Program-made: the position numbers and the translations under genes
From: an uncultured Holophaga sp.
GTDB taxonomy: Bacteria; Acidobacteriota; Holophagae; Holophagales; Holophagaceae
DNA: 64,000 bases
Reading direction: 5' to 3'
Assembly: GCA_963664825.1 (NCBI GenBank)
Contig: OY761614.1
Location: 800,001 to 864,000 of the forward strand
Notes under the pieces: generated by a model
Seen by the model: the letters and a program-made list of their open reading frames with translations, nothing else
Told to the model about the DNA's origin: nothing
The model's database searches: none
Shown: positions 49,204 to 59,700 of the stretch, in pieces
Layout of the letters: the number at the start of each line of letters is the position of its first letter
How positions within the stretch are numbered: position 1 is the first letter of the stretch

Positions 49204-50025
49204 TCACGCTCCCAATTTTTTCAAGGGCGCGGGCAGGCGCTCGGAGGCCATGTGGGCCCAGACCATCTGGCAGAACCAGAGGGCGGTTCGGAAGCGCTCC
49301 AGCACATTGAGCCTGGCCTGGAGCCTGAGGATGCGAAGGGCGGGATCCTGCGTGGGCGCAGCGCTCCGCTCGAATTCCAGCATCCTCAGGGCACTTCCGT
49401 TCAGGTGCTGGGCCAGGGGCTTCCAGCTGCGGGCGAGCTGGGGAGCCTGGGCATCGGCCAAGGCGGCGGCACCCCTAGCCAGGGAGCCCCAGCCCCGGTA
49501 ATCCAGCCCATCTACCGCCAGGAGATCGAAGAGGGACCAGGGCAGATCGCTCAGGTCCTGGGAACGCAGCTCGTTCCGCCGGAACGCGAGCAGGACCATG
49601 CGGGAGGTGATGGCCGAACCTCCGGGCTGGACGAGGCCCTGGCGGACCAGGAGGGTCTGCCAACGCACCCATTGGTCCAAGACCGCCTCCTCCATGGTCT
49701 GGCAGGATTCGTCGTGCAGCATGGAGGCCAGGAAGCGCCCCTCGGCCGTCCCTTGGGAGGGCATGAGGTAGAAAGCGGCCGAGGGCCCTTCGGGCCTGAG
49801 GGCCGCGTAGATCCCGGCGAGATCCCGCTCCAGATCCTGGAGGGCGGTCTCGATCCGGGGGCGCAGCGGCCCGTAAGCGGCCCGGGCCTGGGCCACCCCT
49901 TCGGGCAGAAAGGGCAACTCGATGGCCCGGTCCTGGACCGTGATCTCGATTCCAACAGCCCGAGGCCCTGGCGGTGGCGTTGCCGGTGCCCCCAGCAGCA
50001 GGCCGAGCACGAGGAAAGAGGGCAT
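49204..50025 (-). CDS. Hypothetical exported protein
   Basis: 273 aa, signal-like N-terminus, starts 1 nt after the upstream stop. Confidence 0.6.
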   Translation of the reverse strand: MPSFLVLGLLLGAPATPPPGPRAVGIEITVQDRAIELPFLPEGVAQARAAYGPLRPRIETALQDLERDLAGIYAALRPEGPSAAFYLMPSQGTAEGRFLASMLHDESCQTMEEAVLDQWVRWQTLLVRQGLVQPGGSAITSRMVLLAFRRNELRSQDLSDLPWSLFDLLAVDGLDYRGWGSLARGAAALADAQAPQLARSWKPLAQHLNGSALRMLEFERSAAPTQDPALRILRLQARLNVLERFRTALWFCQMVWAHMASERLPAPLKKLGA

Positions 50026-50026
50026 C

Positions 50027-50914
50027 CTAACCTCCCATCACCACCAGCCCCACGCCCAGGCTCAGCAGGATCACCGCCAGGATCTTGGGCAGGCCAATGG
50101 GTTCCTTGAAGATGAGGCGGCCGAACAGGATGGCGCCCACCATGCCGATGCCCCGTTTGAGGGTCTCGATGAAGCCCACCGGGGCGATGCGCAGGGACTC
50201 CAGCTGGATGGCAAGAGCGGCCGAACCGATGAGCGCCGCACTGACCAAGAGGGCCGGATGTTTGAAGAGCACCTTCCCGGCCTCCCCCAGGGCCGGCCCC
50301 TGGCCCCGCAGGAGCAGGATCGCGCCCAGCAGCAGGGCCACGCCAGCGGTGATGGCCGGGGCGTACCAGTAGCCCGCCCCGCGCTGCAAGGCCACCTGGT
50401 CGATGACGGCCGTGAGGCTCCAGAGGAAGGCCGCCAGGGCCATGCGGCGCACGCCAGGATCCCTGCCATAGGCCTTGAGCCCCGGCCACTGGGCGCTCTT
50501 GAGGCCCAGGGTGAAGGCCCCCGCCACCACCAGCGCCACGCCGCCGATCTGGAGATGGGTGGGGGTCTGGTTCCGCAGGCACCATCCGATGAAGGTGGTG
50601 CCCACGGGCGTGAAGCTGAGCAGGGGGATCGTGAGGCTCATGGGGCTGAGCCGCAGGGCCTGCATGAAGGCCAGCAGGCCGCCCAGGTTCAGGATGATGG
50701 AAAAGGCCATGGGCACGAGGCTGGCGCGGGGGAGCAGGATGGGCCCGGTGCTGGCGGCCCAGGCGCAAAGCAATGGCACCTGCATCAGGGGCAACCACAC
50801 GGTCAAAAGCGTAGGCAGCACCTTCTGGGACAGCCCCTTGCGGACCACGTCGAAGAGCGTCCAGCCGAGAGCCCCGAGGAGCGCGAGGGTGAGGCCAAAG
50901 GAAGTGACGGTCAT
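50027..50914 (-). CDS. DMT/EamA-family transporter
   Basis: Ten hydrophobic helices in two repeats; ALRLSPMSLTIPLL, FKEP. Confidence 0.85.
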   Translation of the reverse strand: MTVTSFGLTLALLGALGWTLFDVVRKGLSQKVLPTLLTVWLPLMQVPLLCAWAASTGPILLPRASLVPMAFSIILNLGGLLAFMQALRLSPMSLTIPLLSFTPVGTTFIGWCLRNQTPTHLQIGGVALVVAGAFTLGLKSAQWPGLKAYGRDPGVRRMALAAFLWSLTAVIDQVALQRGAGYWYAPAITAGVALLLGAILLLRGQGPALGEAGKVLFKHPALLVSAALIGSAALAIQLESLRIAPVGFIETLKRGIGMVGAILFGRLIFKEPIGLPKILAVILLSLGVGLVVMGG

Positions 50915-51077
50915 GGGGGATCCTTGGCTCCAGAATAGGCGAGCCTCGGGAAAGCTTCGTTGCCATTCCGTCACAGGGTTGGTTTACCTTGGAAGTTGGC
51001 CAGAACCGATCCTGACCCTTCGGCCATTCGCCCCAGGTCATCCTGGATCTCCATTCGCCCGTGACGGGAAGGGTTCC

Positions 51078-52670
51078 ATGACCTCCAGACCCACCCCAGA
51101 CCCAAAGCCCCCGGCCTTCCACGAGGAAGGCATGGCTTCGCTCTTGGACCAGGCCCTGCGGATCCTCCGGGTGACGACCGAGATCATCGCCCTCTCGGAT
51201 CCAGAGGATGTCTCCCGGCATGTGGTCCGCAGCCTGGTGGAAGAACTCCATTTCCAAGCCGTGAGCGTCGTGCTCCTGGACGCCACCAGCGGCCAGCTGC
51301 GCTATGCGGCGGAGACCGGCGTCCCCGAAGCCGTGAAGGCCCTGGGCTTCCGAGAACAGGGCCTGACCATGCACGCGTTCCGGACCGGGGAGGCCATGTT
51401 CGTGGAGAACATGGCCCAGGACGCAGGCACGAACCCCGATGCCCGTCCCTATTTCCAGAGCTATGCCGTGCTCCCCATCCAGCACCGGAACCGCCCCTTC
51501 GGCATACTCATCGTGAACTACGAGCGAGTCCACGCATTCGCTCCCCTGGAGCGCCAGATCCTGCGGACCTTTGCCAGCCAGATCGCGGTGGCCCTGGATA
51601 ACTCGCAGCTGCTGGCGGCCACCCAGCAGAGGGCCGATACCCTCTCCGCCCTGGCGCACCTGGGCCAGGCCCTCGCCGAGCGCATGGATCTCACCCACGC
51701 CCTGAGCGTCTTGGAGGACAGTCTCCGGACCCATCTCCCTCAAATGGAAACGGCCGCGTTCTGGCTGTTGGAGGGCCGGAACCACCTGGTGCCGGGCTTC
51801 CATTACGGCCTCGGCCTGAAGGATGGGGAGCTCCTGCCCCGGGATCTCATCGAAGGCGTCGACGGCGGCCTCTTGGCCAGCAAGGGACCCCAGATCCTGC
51901 CCTTCCTCCAGGTGCTGGGCCAAGACCTGCCGCCCCGGAAGAGGCCCTGGGGGGATGGCCTGGCGCTGGTGCTCCGGACGGCCTCGGGCGTGGAGGGACT
52001 CCTGCTGCTCCATGCGGCGGCGGGCCCCGGCATTCTCCGGCCCCTGGATCTGGATTTCCTCTGCGCCCTCACCGATCAGGCCGCGCTGGCGATCCACCAC
52101 GCCCGGATCTTCGCCTCCACCCGGGATTCGGCCTCCCTGGATAGCCTCACGGGTCTCCTCAACCATGGCGCCCTCCTTACCGCCGCCCAGGAGCGCATCA
52201 CCCAGACCGCGCAGGAGGGCAGCCCACTCTCCCTGCTGATGCTGGATGCGGACCACTTCAAGATCTCCAACGACACCCATGGACACCCCTTCGGCGACAA
52301 GGTGCTGGTGGCCCTGGCCAAAATTCTGAAGGCCCATGTGCGGCCCTCGGATCTGGTGGGGCGATGGGGGGGCGAGGAGTTCGTCGTGGTGCTGCCTGGA
52401 GCCGACACGGAGATGGCCTTCAGGGTGGCTGAGCGCATTCGACGCGCCATGGCCTCCATGGTCCTTTCGGCCCCCGGGGGCCAGAAGGTACCGGCCCCCA
52501 CCGTGAGCATCGGCATCGCCACCCGGGAAGCCGGGGGAAAGGGCTTCGCCGAACTCCTCCAATGCGCCGATACCGCCCTCTACCAGGCCAAATATGCGGG
52601 CCGGAACCTGACCATCCGCTTCGATCCGACGCTCTCTATTCCCGGAGAATCCCTGCCCACGGCCCTTTGA
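51078..52670 (+). CDS. GAF-domain diguanylate cyclase
   Basis: Two GAF-like segments; DSLTGLLN, DHFK...NDTHGH, RPSD I-site, RWGGEEF. Confidence 0.92.
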   Translation: MTSRPTPDPKPPAFHEEGMASLLDQALRILRVTTEIIALSDPEDVSRHVVRSLVEELHFQAVSVVLLDATSGQLRYAAETGVPEAVKALGFREQGLTMHAFRTGEAMFVENMAQDAGTNPDARPYFQSYAVLPIQHRNRPFGILIVNYERVHAFAPLERQILRTFASQIAVALDNSQLLAATQQRADTLSALAHLGQALAERMDLTHALSVLEDSLRTHLPQMETAAFWLLEGRNHLVPGFHYGLGLKDGELLPRDLIEGVDGGLLASKGPQILPFLQVLGQDLPPRKRPWGDGLALVLRTASGVEGLLLLHAAAGPGILRPLDLDFLCALTDQAALAIHHARIFASTRDSASLDSLTGLLNHGALLTAAQERITQTAQEGSPLSLLMLDADHFKISNDTHGHPFGDKVLVALAKILKAHVRPSDLVGRWGGEEFVVVLPGADTEMAFRVAERIRRAMASMVLSAPGGQKVPAPTVSIGIATREAGGKGFAELLQCADTALYQAKYAGRNLTIRFDPTLSIPGESLPTAL

Positions 52671-52729
52671 GGGGGAGGCAGGACGGGAATTCGGGAGGAG
52701 CGGAGAAGAGTCAGGTAGGGGAGGGAATA

Positions 52730-52746
52730 GTTCGCTATAATTTCGC
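52730..52746 (+). promoter_or_regulatory. Candidate SOS (LexA-type) direct-repeat box overlapping a -10 TATAAT
   Basis: GTTC-GCTATAA-TTTC, also readable as TTCGC repeated at 11-bp period, directly upstream of dinB. Confidence 0.5.
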
Positions 52747-52769
52747 CAGCCACCTTCCTGGATGACCGC

Positions 52770-53930
52770 GTGCCTTCGCGCCCTACCCCTCCCCGCATCG
52801 CCCACCTGGATATGGACGCCTACTTCGCCTCCGTGGAACTGCTGCGCCATCCGGAATTGAAGGGCCGCGCCGTGATCATTGGCGGGAGGCCCAGGCCCGG
52901 GGAGGCGGCGATCCGGAAACTCCGCGAATACACCGGCCGAGGTGTGGTGAGCACGGCCACCTACGAGGCCCGAGCCTTGGGCGTGCACTCGGGGATGGGG
53001 CTCATGAAGGCCGCCGCCCTGGCCCCGGAGGCCACCCTCCTCTCCGGCGACTACGAGACCTACAGCCGCGTCTCCCGCACCTTCAAGGCCGCCGTGACCC
53101 GGATCGCCCCCCTCATGGAGGACCGGGGCATCGATGAGATCTTTCTCGATCTGACCGAGGTGGAAGGAGAGACCCGGGAACTCGCCCAGCGCCTCCAGGA
53201 GGCCGTGCGCCTCGCCACCGGCCTCTCCTGCTCCATCGGCGTCACCCCCAATAAGCTGCTCTCCAAGATGGCTTCCGAGCTCGAGAAGCCCGGTGGCCTC
53301 ACCATCCTCGGCCTGGAGGATCTCCCGACCCGGATCTGGCCCCTGCCCTGCTCGGCCATCAATGGCATCGGCCCCAAGGCCACCGCCAAGCTGGAGAGTT
53401 TCCAGATCCGGACGATCGGGGAACTGGCCAAGGCCGACCCGGGCTTCCTCCTGGCCCACTTCGGCAAAACTTACGGCGCCTGGCTCTTCGCATCGGCCCA
53501 TGGCCGGGATGACCGCCCCCTCACCCTCACCCGGGAGCCCAAGTCCATCAGCCGGGAGACCACCTTCGAGCGCGATCTCCACGTCAAGGGGGACCGGAGG
53601 GAACTCACGGGCATCCTGCTGAACCTCTGCGAGCGCCTGGCCCAGGATCTGGCCCGCAAGGGCTATATGGCGCGCACCGTGGGCATCAAGCTGCGCTTCG
53701 AGGACTTCTCCACCCTCACCCGGGATCATTCGTTCCGGGTGCCCATCGCCGAGGCGGCCTCTCTCTGCGAAGCCGCCCGCGCCAGCCTGAAGCGGGTGCC
53801 CCTGGACCGGAAGCTGCGCCTCCTGGGCCTCAGGGCCGGCGGGCTGCTGAAGGCCGAGGATTACCGATCGCAGATCTCTGAAGTCGACCCCGGAACCGAG
53901 CCCAGCCTCTTCGCGGATCTGGAGCCGTGA
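52770..53930 (+). CDS. dinB: DNA polymerase IV (Y-family)
   Basis: HLDMDAYFASVE, TYEAR, GIDEIFLD, KPGG, GIGPK, KSISRETTF, RLLGL. Confidence 0.95.
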   Translation: MPSRPTPPRIAHLDMDAYFASVELLRHPELKGRAVIIGGRPRPGEAAIRKLREYTGRGVVSTATYEARALGVHSGMGLMKAAALAPEATLLSGDYETYSRVSRTFKAAVTRIAPLMEDRGIDEIFLDLTEVEGETRELAQRLQEAVRLATGLSCSIGVTPNKLLSKMASELEKPGGLTILGLEDLPTRIWPLPCSAINGIGPKATAKLESFQIRTIGELAKADPGFLLAHFGKTYGAWLFASAHGRDDRPLTLTREPKSISRETTFERDLHVKGDRRELTGILLNLCERLAQDLARKGYMARTVGIKLRFEDFSTLTRDHSFRVPIAEAASLCEAARASLKRVPLDRKLRLLGLRAGGLLKAEDYRSQISEVDPGTEPSLFADLEP

Positions 53931-56617
53931 TGGAGGAGATCACGCGCTCCGTGCGCGATTTCGTCCTGCCCCTGGAGCGGAGCGGTAGCCTGGACGCCTC
54001 TCTCTCCTTCCAGCTGGAGGAGGATGCCGCCGCCCAGGGCACCCGCCTGCACATCAAGGTCCAGAAGCGCCTGAAGGGGGAATATCCCGATCTCCAGTCG
54101 GAGCGGACGGTGCTGTGGACCTTCCAGCGCCCGGATTTCCAGTGCCTCCTGCGGGGGCGCATGGATGTGTTCATTCCAGGAGACAGACCGGTAATGGAGG
54201 AGATTAAGACCACCTTCCAGCCCCAGGGGCTCCTGCGGGCCCTGGACGCCGATCCCCAGCATCCCTTCGCCCAGCAGGTGCGGATGTATGCCTGGATCCT
54301 CGCCCAGAGGGAGGAGCGGGTTCCCGCCTGCCGCCTGCGGGTGATCTCCCTCCTGGACGAGCGTGAAACCCTGGTGGAGGTGCCCTTCGATCTGGAGGCC
54401 TTCTCGGCCTGGGTGGAGGCCCAGATGGATGGACTCCGCGCCCAGCACCTCCAGGCCCTGGCCCGGGCCGCGGAGCGGAAGCTGATCGGAGCCGGGCTCC
54501 GCTTCCCCTTCGAGGCGCCCCGCCCCGGCCAGGAAAGGCTTCTGGCCCTGGTGGAAGAAGCCCTCGGCGCGGGCTCCCGCCTGCTGGTCCAGGCCCCCAC
54601 GGGGCTGGGCAAGACAGCCGCTGTCCTGTATCCGGGGCTCCGGAAGGCCCTGGAGGAGGATCTGCGGGTCTTCTATCTGACCCCCAGGAACAGCCAGCAT
54701 TCCGTGGCCGAGGCCTTCCTGGGGCGCCTTTGCAGGGCGGGCCATCTCCTCCGCTCCATCACCCTGCGGGCCAAGGAGCGCATCTGCCCCCAGGAGGAGC
54801 TCCACTGCCACCCCGATGTCTGCCCAAGGGCCAGCGGCTACTACGACCGCCTCAAGGAGTCCAAGGCCCTGGAGCGCCTGATGGAGCTGGGTTGCGTGGA
54901 ATCGGCCACCCTCCAGGCCCTGGCCGAAGAATGCACACTCTGTCCCTTCGAGCTCTCCCTGGACGCGGCCCGGAATGCCGATGTCATCATCGGGGACTAC
55001 AACTACGCCCTCGCCCCCTCGGCCACCCTGGCGCGTTTCTTCGGTGACGAAGCCTCCCAGGGGCGGAATCTCCTGCTCCTCGACGAGGCCCATAACCTGC
55101 CGAACCGGGCCACGGATTGGTTCTCCCCGGCCCTGGACACCGATCAGCTCCGGGCCCTCAAGAAGGGCTGGAAGGGCAAGGGCCGGGGCCTGAAGGGCAG
55201 CTTCACCCGCCAGCTCGAGCGCTGCCTCAGGCTCCTGGAAACCCACGCCGGTCCCCACAGGCAGCTGGACGTGGACCCGACCCTCTTCAACGCCGAGGAA
55301 CAGCGGCTCCGCAAGCTGCTGGCCAAGGCCGCTTCCGACGGGCAGGAGCTGGCCCCGAGCCATCCCCTGGTGCAGCTCTTCCGCCAATGGTCGGAATTCT
55401 GCGGCGTGCTGCGGGAGCGCAGCGAGGCCCACCTGCTCACCTGGATGCCCCCGGGGAGGCTGCAGATCACCTGCGTGGACGCTTCCCCATACCTGGCCGA
55501 ACGCTTCAGGTCCCTGGCGGGAGCCGTGCTCTTCTCGGGCACGCTGAAGCCCTTCGCCTACTACCAGAGGCTCTGCGGCCTGGCCCAGGCCCGCTGCGAG
55601 GAGATCCCCTCCCCTTTCCCGCCGGAGCATCGCTGCCTGCTGGTGGTGCCCCAGATCTCCACCCTCTACCGCCAAAGGGAGCAGCAGACACCCCGCGTCG
55701 CCGAATTCCTCTCCAAGGTGCTGCCCCTGCGGAAGGGCAATTACCTAGTCTTCTTCCCCAGCTTCGAGTTCCTGGACAAGACCCGGCCCTTCCTGGATCT
55801 CCCGGGTTTTCGCATCCTGGCCCAGCCCCGGAGGGCCAGCCAGGACGCGCTCCAGGAGATCCTCGGCGCCCTTGAAACAGAACGCGGGCTGGTGGTGCTG
55901 GCCGTGCAGGGAGGCTCCCTCTCCGAGGGCGTCGACCTGCCCGGGGAAGCCCTCATCGGCAGCATCATCGTGGGCCCGCCCATCCCCCCCTTCGACCTGG
56001 AGCGCAAGCTCACCAAGGCCTACTTCGGCAGGGCCCTGGACACGGCGCCGGGGTCGCAAGCCAGCCCCCCTGCGAGCACAGGCGCTGTGGCCGGGCTCCG
56101 CCAGGACGCGGCGCGGGGGGCCAAGGGGGGACTTCGCGACCCCAGGGAGCAGGCGGTCCCCCCTGCGAGCACCGGCGCTGTGGCCGGGCTCCGCCAGGAC
56201 GCGGCGCGGGGGGCCAAGGGGGGACTTCGCGACCGCAGGGAGCAGGCGGTCCCCCCTGCGAGCACAGGCGCTGCGGCCGGGCTCCGCCAGGACGCGGCGC
56301 GGGGGGCCAAGGGGGGACTTCGCGACCCCAGGGAGCAGGCGGTCCCCCCTGCGAGCACAGCCGAGGCCTTCACCTACATCTACCCCGCCATGGCCAAGGC
56401 CATCCAGGCCGCAGGGCGCGTGATCCGGGGCCCCGAGGAGCGGGGCCTCCTGGTCTTCCTGGATGGCCGCTTCCTGGAGCCCGCCTTCGCGCAATGTTTT
56501 CCCGGCGACTGGTTCATCCAATCCCCCCGGGAAGTCGTCTCCGAAGCCATCCTGGCCGATGTCGCCCGGTTCTGGGAGCACACTCCTGGAACCGAAGAGC
56601 CCCCTGCCCCGAGATGA
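53930..56617 (+). CDS. PD-(D/E)XK nuclease fused to Fe-S DinG/Rad3-family helicase, with internal repeat insertion
   Basis: GRMD...EEIKT...QVRMY nuclease motifs; QAPTGLGKT, Cys cluster, CPFE, DYNY, DEAHN, SGTL, FFPSF, EGVD, QAAGRVIR; TGATG coupling to dinB. Confidence 0.9.
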   Translation: MEEITRSVRDFVLPLERSGSLDASLSFQLEEDAAAQGTRLHIKVQKRLKGEYPDLQSERTVLWTFQRPDFQCLLRGRMDVFIPGDRPVMEEIKTTFQPQGLLRALDADPQHPFAQQVRMYAWILAQREERVPACRLRVISLLDERETLVEVPFDLEAFSAWVEAQMDGLRAQHLQALARAAERKLIGAGLRFPFEAPRPGQERLLALVEEALGAGSRLLVQAPTGLGKTAAVLYPGLRKALEEDLRVFYLTPRNSQHSVAEAFLGRLCRAGHLLRSITLRAKERICPQEELHCHPDVCPRASGYYDRLKESKALERLMELGCVESATLQALAEECTLCPFELSLDAARNADVIIGDYNYALAPSATLARFFGDEASQGRNLLLLDEAHNLPNRATDWFSPALDTDQLRALKKGWKGKGRGLKGSFTRQLERCLRLLETHAGPHRQLDVDPTLFNAEEQRLRKLLAKAASDGQELAPSHPLVQLFRQWSEFCGVLRERSEAHLLTWMPPGRLQITCVDASPYLAERFRSLAGAVLFSGTLKPFAYYQRLCGLAQARCEEIPSPFPPEHRCLLVVPQISTLYRQREQQTPRVAEFLSKVLPLRKGNYLVFFPSFEFLDKTRPFLDLPGFRILAQPRRASQDALQEILGALETERGLVVLAVQGGSLSEGVDLPGEALIGSIIVGPPIPPFDLERKLTKAYFGRALDTAPGSQASPPASTGAVAGLRQDAARGAKGGLRDPREQAVPPASTGAVAGLRQDAARGAKGGLRDRREQAVPPASTGAAAGLRQDAARGAKGGLRDPREQAVPPASTAEAFTYIYPAMAKAIQAAGRVIRGPEERGLLVFLDGRFLEPAFAQCFPGDWFIQSPREVVSEAILADVARFWEHTPGTEEPPAPR
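56065..56360 (+). repeat. Three 93-bp in-frame tandem units plus a 17-bp partial unit
   Basis: Units start at 56065, 56158, 56251, 56344 (CCCCCCTGCGAGCAC...); encode PPASTGAVAGLRQDAARGAKGGLRDPREQAV with single-residue variants. Confidence 0.95.
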
Positions 56618-56668
56618 AGCAGGAAGCTCGGGCCCTGGAGAACCAGCCGGAAGGACCCTCATGAACAG

Positions 56669-56694
56669 GAGAACCCCGGGCCACCGGGGTTCTC
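56669..56694. terminator. Hairpin between convergent genes
   Basis: GAGAACCCCGG-GCCA-CCGGGGTTCTC. Confidence 0.75.
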
Positions 56695-56714
56695 ACTGGG
56701 CATCCTGGAATCCG

Positions 56715-59700
56715 CTATTGGACCCAGTAATTCAGAACCTTGAAGTCCTGCTTATTGTAATCGGCGGTAGCGGGGATGGTCTTGTTGTAGGAGAAGATGC
56801 CCCACTTGAAGATCGTGCCCCCACTGTAATCGGCGGCGTCCAGGCCGCCCACGCAACCCACGATCGAGCTGCCCAGGGAGACCTGGCTGCTGAGGGTTGC
56901 CCCCACAGAGAACGACTGGGAGCCTCCGGCAAGCACCACGAGGGAGACCTCGGCTTCGATACTCGTCTCTGAGGTCCAGCTCGCCGAGATGCCCGTCTCC
57001 AGGCTGGTGGAATAGGTGATGGTGTTGTAGAGGTTTCCCTCGGGCACGATCCCGCTCTGGGAATTCGCCAGGAGGAAGCCTTGGTTGAGGTCCAGCACAA
57101 CCAAGGAGGCGGCCTGGGCGCGGGTCGGGTAGGTGAAGGGCCGCCCGAGAGTGTGCTGAAGGATCGTGCGATCGATCTCAGGGCCCTTCCCGCAGTGGGC
57201 ATTGTAGAAGTCCACATCCGTGAACTGAAGGAGCGCCTCCCGTTCCCGCTGAATGAAGAGGGTGTCGCCCACCTTCACCTTCGAATTGGACCCGGAGCGG
57301 GTCACCCGGTAGCCATAGACATCCACCGGAACCGCCGCGAAGAGTACGGCGTCGCTGCCCGCGTAGGTGGCATAGGAAATATCCCGGGTGTATCCGTAGG
57401 TGGTTTCGAAGGCAAAGTCCCAGGCGTATTTCTGGGTCACCTTGATCTCGACCTCCCCGTTGGAGACCACGGGAAGCGTGATCTTGACGCCCCCCATGGT
57501 CGCCACCGAGAACCCCATGGAGGCGCTGAAACCCCCACTGATCCCGCTGGAATTGCCGAACTGCGTGAAGGAATTGCCGGTGTTCTGGTCGTGGGTCAGG
57601 CCCGTCCAGTAGGGAGGCGAGGCCAGCACGGCCTTGATCATGGGCTTGGTGAAGGTGAGGGCGTGGCCGAGGTATTCCACGACCGTGCCATCGTCATTCA
57701 GATCGGCCAAGCACAGGAAGGGAGCGAACTGGCCCGTGGTGGAATACTGGATCTCCGTACCCTGGAGCATCCGCTTGGTCTCGCTATCGTAATAGTAGCG
57801 GCGGAGCTTCTGGTTCCGGAAATTGAGGATCAGGATCTCCGGGAGGCCCTTGGGATCGCTGGTCAGCCTGCTCACCGCCGCCTGACCATACATGGACGAA
57901 GGATCCCGGCGGTTAATGTTAACTTCGTTCACAACGTCGCCCCAGAGGAGTTGTTTGCTGGTGCTGTCGTAGGCGTAGTCCAGGGAGGCCCCGGCAAGGC
58001 TGGTGGCCGCCGTATAGGTCAGGACATCATCGGCAGAGATGATCTCTTCCATGCCATCGCCATCCAGATCCGCGAGGGCCAAGACGGGCACGGCGGCGTC
58101 ATGTTCTTTTCTATTGGTTTCCTCCGTAGAGGAATAATTTCGATACAGCCAGCGGCTGGAACAGAGGTCACCATCCACGCCCACCGGCAGGAAACTCGGC
58201 GTCCAGACGCCACCGGAGATGCCGACCTGGGCCATGAGTGTCCGGTTCTTGCTCGTGCCGGAGACGAGCCCGGATAAGACGATCTCCACCTTGCCGTCGG
58301 CGTCGATATCCGAAGCCGCGATGGCCCCGCCACGGAGGGAGATCCCCGGGGTCGGGTGGGAGGTATCGATCTGGGTCACGTTGAAGCCATCGACCTTCTT
58401 CGAGATGGAGTTATCGCTATTGAGCTGCCAGATGGAGAGCTGGCCCACCGTCGCAGAGGTGTAGCCCCCGTTGAAGAGGAGGATCTCATCCCGACCATCA
58501 TGATCGATATCGGCACAGGCCACCCGGACGAAGGGAAAGCTCTCCACGGGCGCCAGCGAGGTGGGACCGCTGATCAGGTTCAAGGCACTATCGAAGATGT
58601 AGACCTTGTCCTCGGCCATCAGCACGATCTCTTGTTTCCCATCCTTGTTGAGGTCCCCCGCCACGGCGCTGAACTTCTGGTACCACTGTCTCGGATCGCC
58701 ATCGGTAGTGTTAAGGCTGGTGGGAGTCCAGGGAACGGTGCCCTTCATCGTCAGGGTGCTTCCTGATCCGCCGGTCAGGAGCGAGACCGTAAAGTGGTCG
58801 TTACTGCTACCCCTGGACGGGCCTGGGAAACTGAATAGGACCACCTCCTGCTTGCCATCGGCGTAGAGGTTCGCGGGCACCGGGATCACGATCTGATCGG
58901 GGGTCGGCGCGCTAGTGCTCAGACTCGATACGGGAAGCTGCGTGAAGGCATGAGCCAAGTCGGAGCTCAGCAGATAGGCGTTATTAGCGGTATCGACCAC
59001 CAGGGGCTCGTCGATCTTCCGGATATTGACGGTCCCGTTGCCCAGAGGCTGATCGGTGGAGGTCATATCCTGGCCTTGAGCGTTCTTCCGCGGGCCCAGG
59101 TCGGTGTTGATATTGAGGCTCGCCAGCACATCGGCATCCGTGAAGGTGACATCCACCGATTTGGAGGCGACTGCGCTCTGAACGCCCAGGCTATTGACGG
59201 CCATGCAGGTGAGAACCAGTGGGCTCTTGGCGCTCACAGAAAAGGACACGCTATTGCCGGTGGTGGAGGTGGTGAAGGTCCCCCCCTTGAGAGTCCAGAC
59301 ATAGGTGCAGTTGCTCTGGGAAGTCACCATGGCCGAACCGACGCCTCCGGCCGCGAGGGCTGTACTCAGCAGCGTGATATCGGGGGTGGTGGGACCATTG
59401 AGGATCGAACAGGCCGTAATCCCTGGGAGGGAGGCCGTTCCTGCCAGGTTGGTCAGGACACAGGAGAGCTGAAGCGCACCCGAGGCTCCGGCAGTGAAGG
59501 TCACCGCGTTGGTGCCATCACCTGCGGTAATGGCGCCGCCACTGATGGTCCAGGCATAGCTGTACCCGGCCTGGGCCGGGACACTGGCGGTATAGCCCGC
59601 CTGATTGGGAGATATCAGGGAGGGTGCGGTAACCATGGGCGCAACTGGCAATGGCAGAATCGTGGTGATGGCGCTTCCCGCAGGAGAAGCCACCCCCATC

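Noticed and set aside
56065..56360. CRISPR array
   Set aside because: Units are contiguous and near-identical along their full 93 bp with no unique spacers, lie in frame in a CDS, and there are no cas genes nearby
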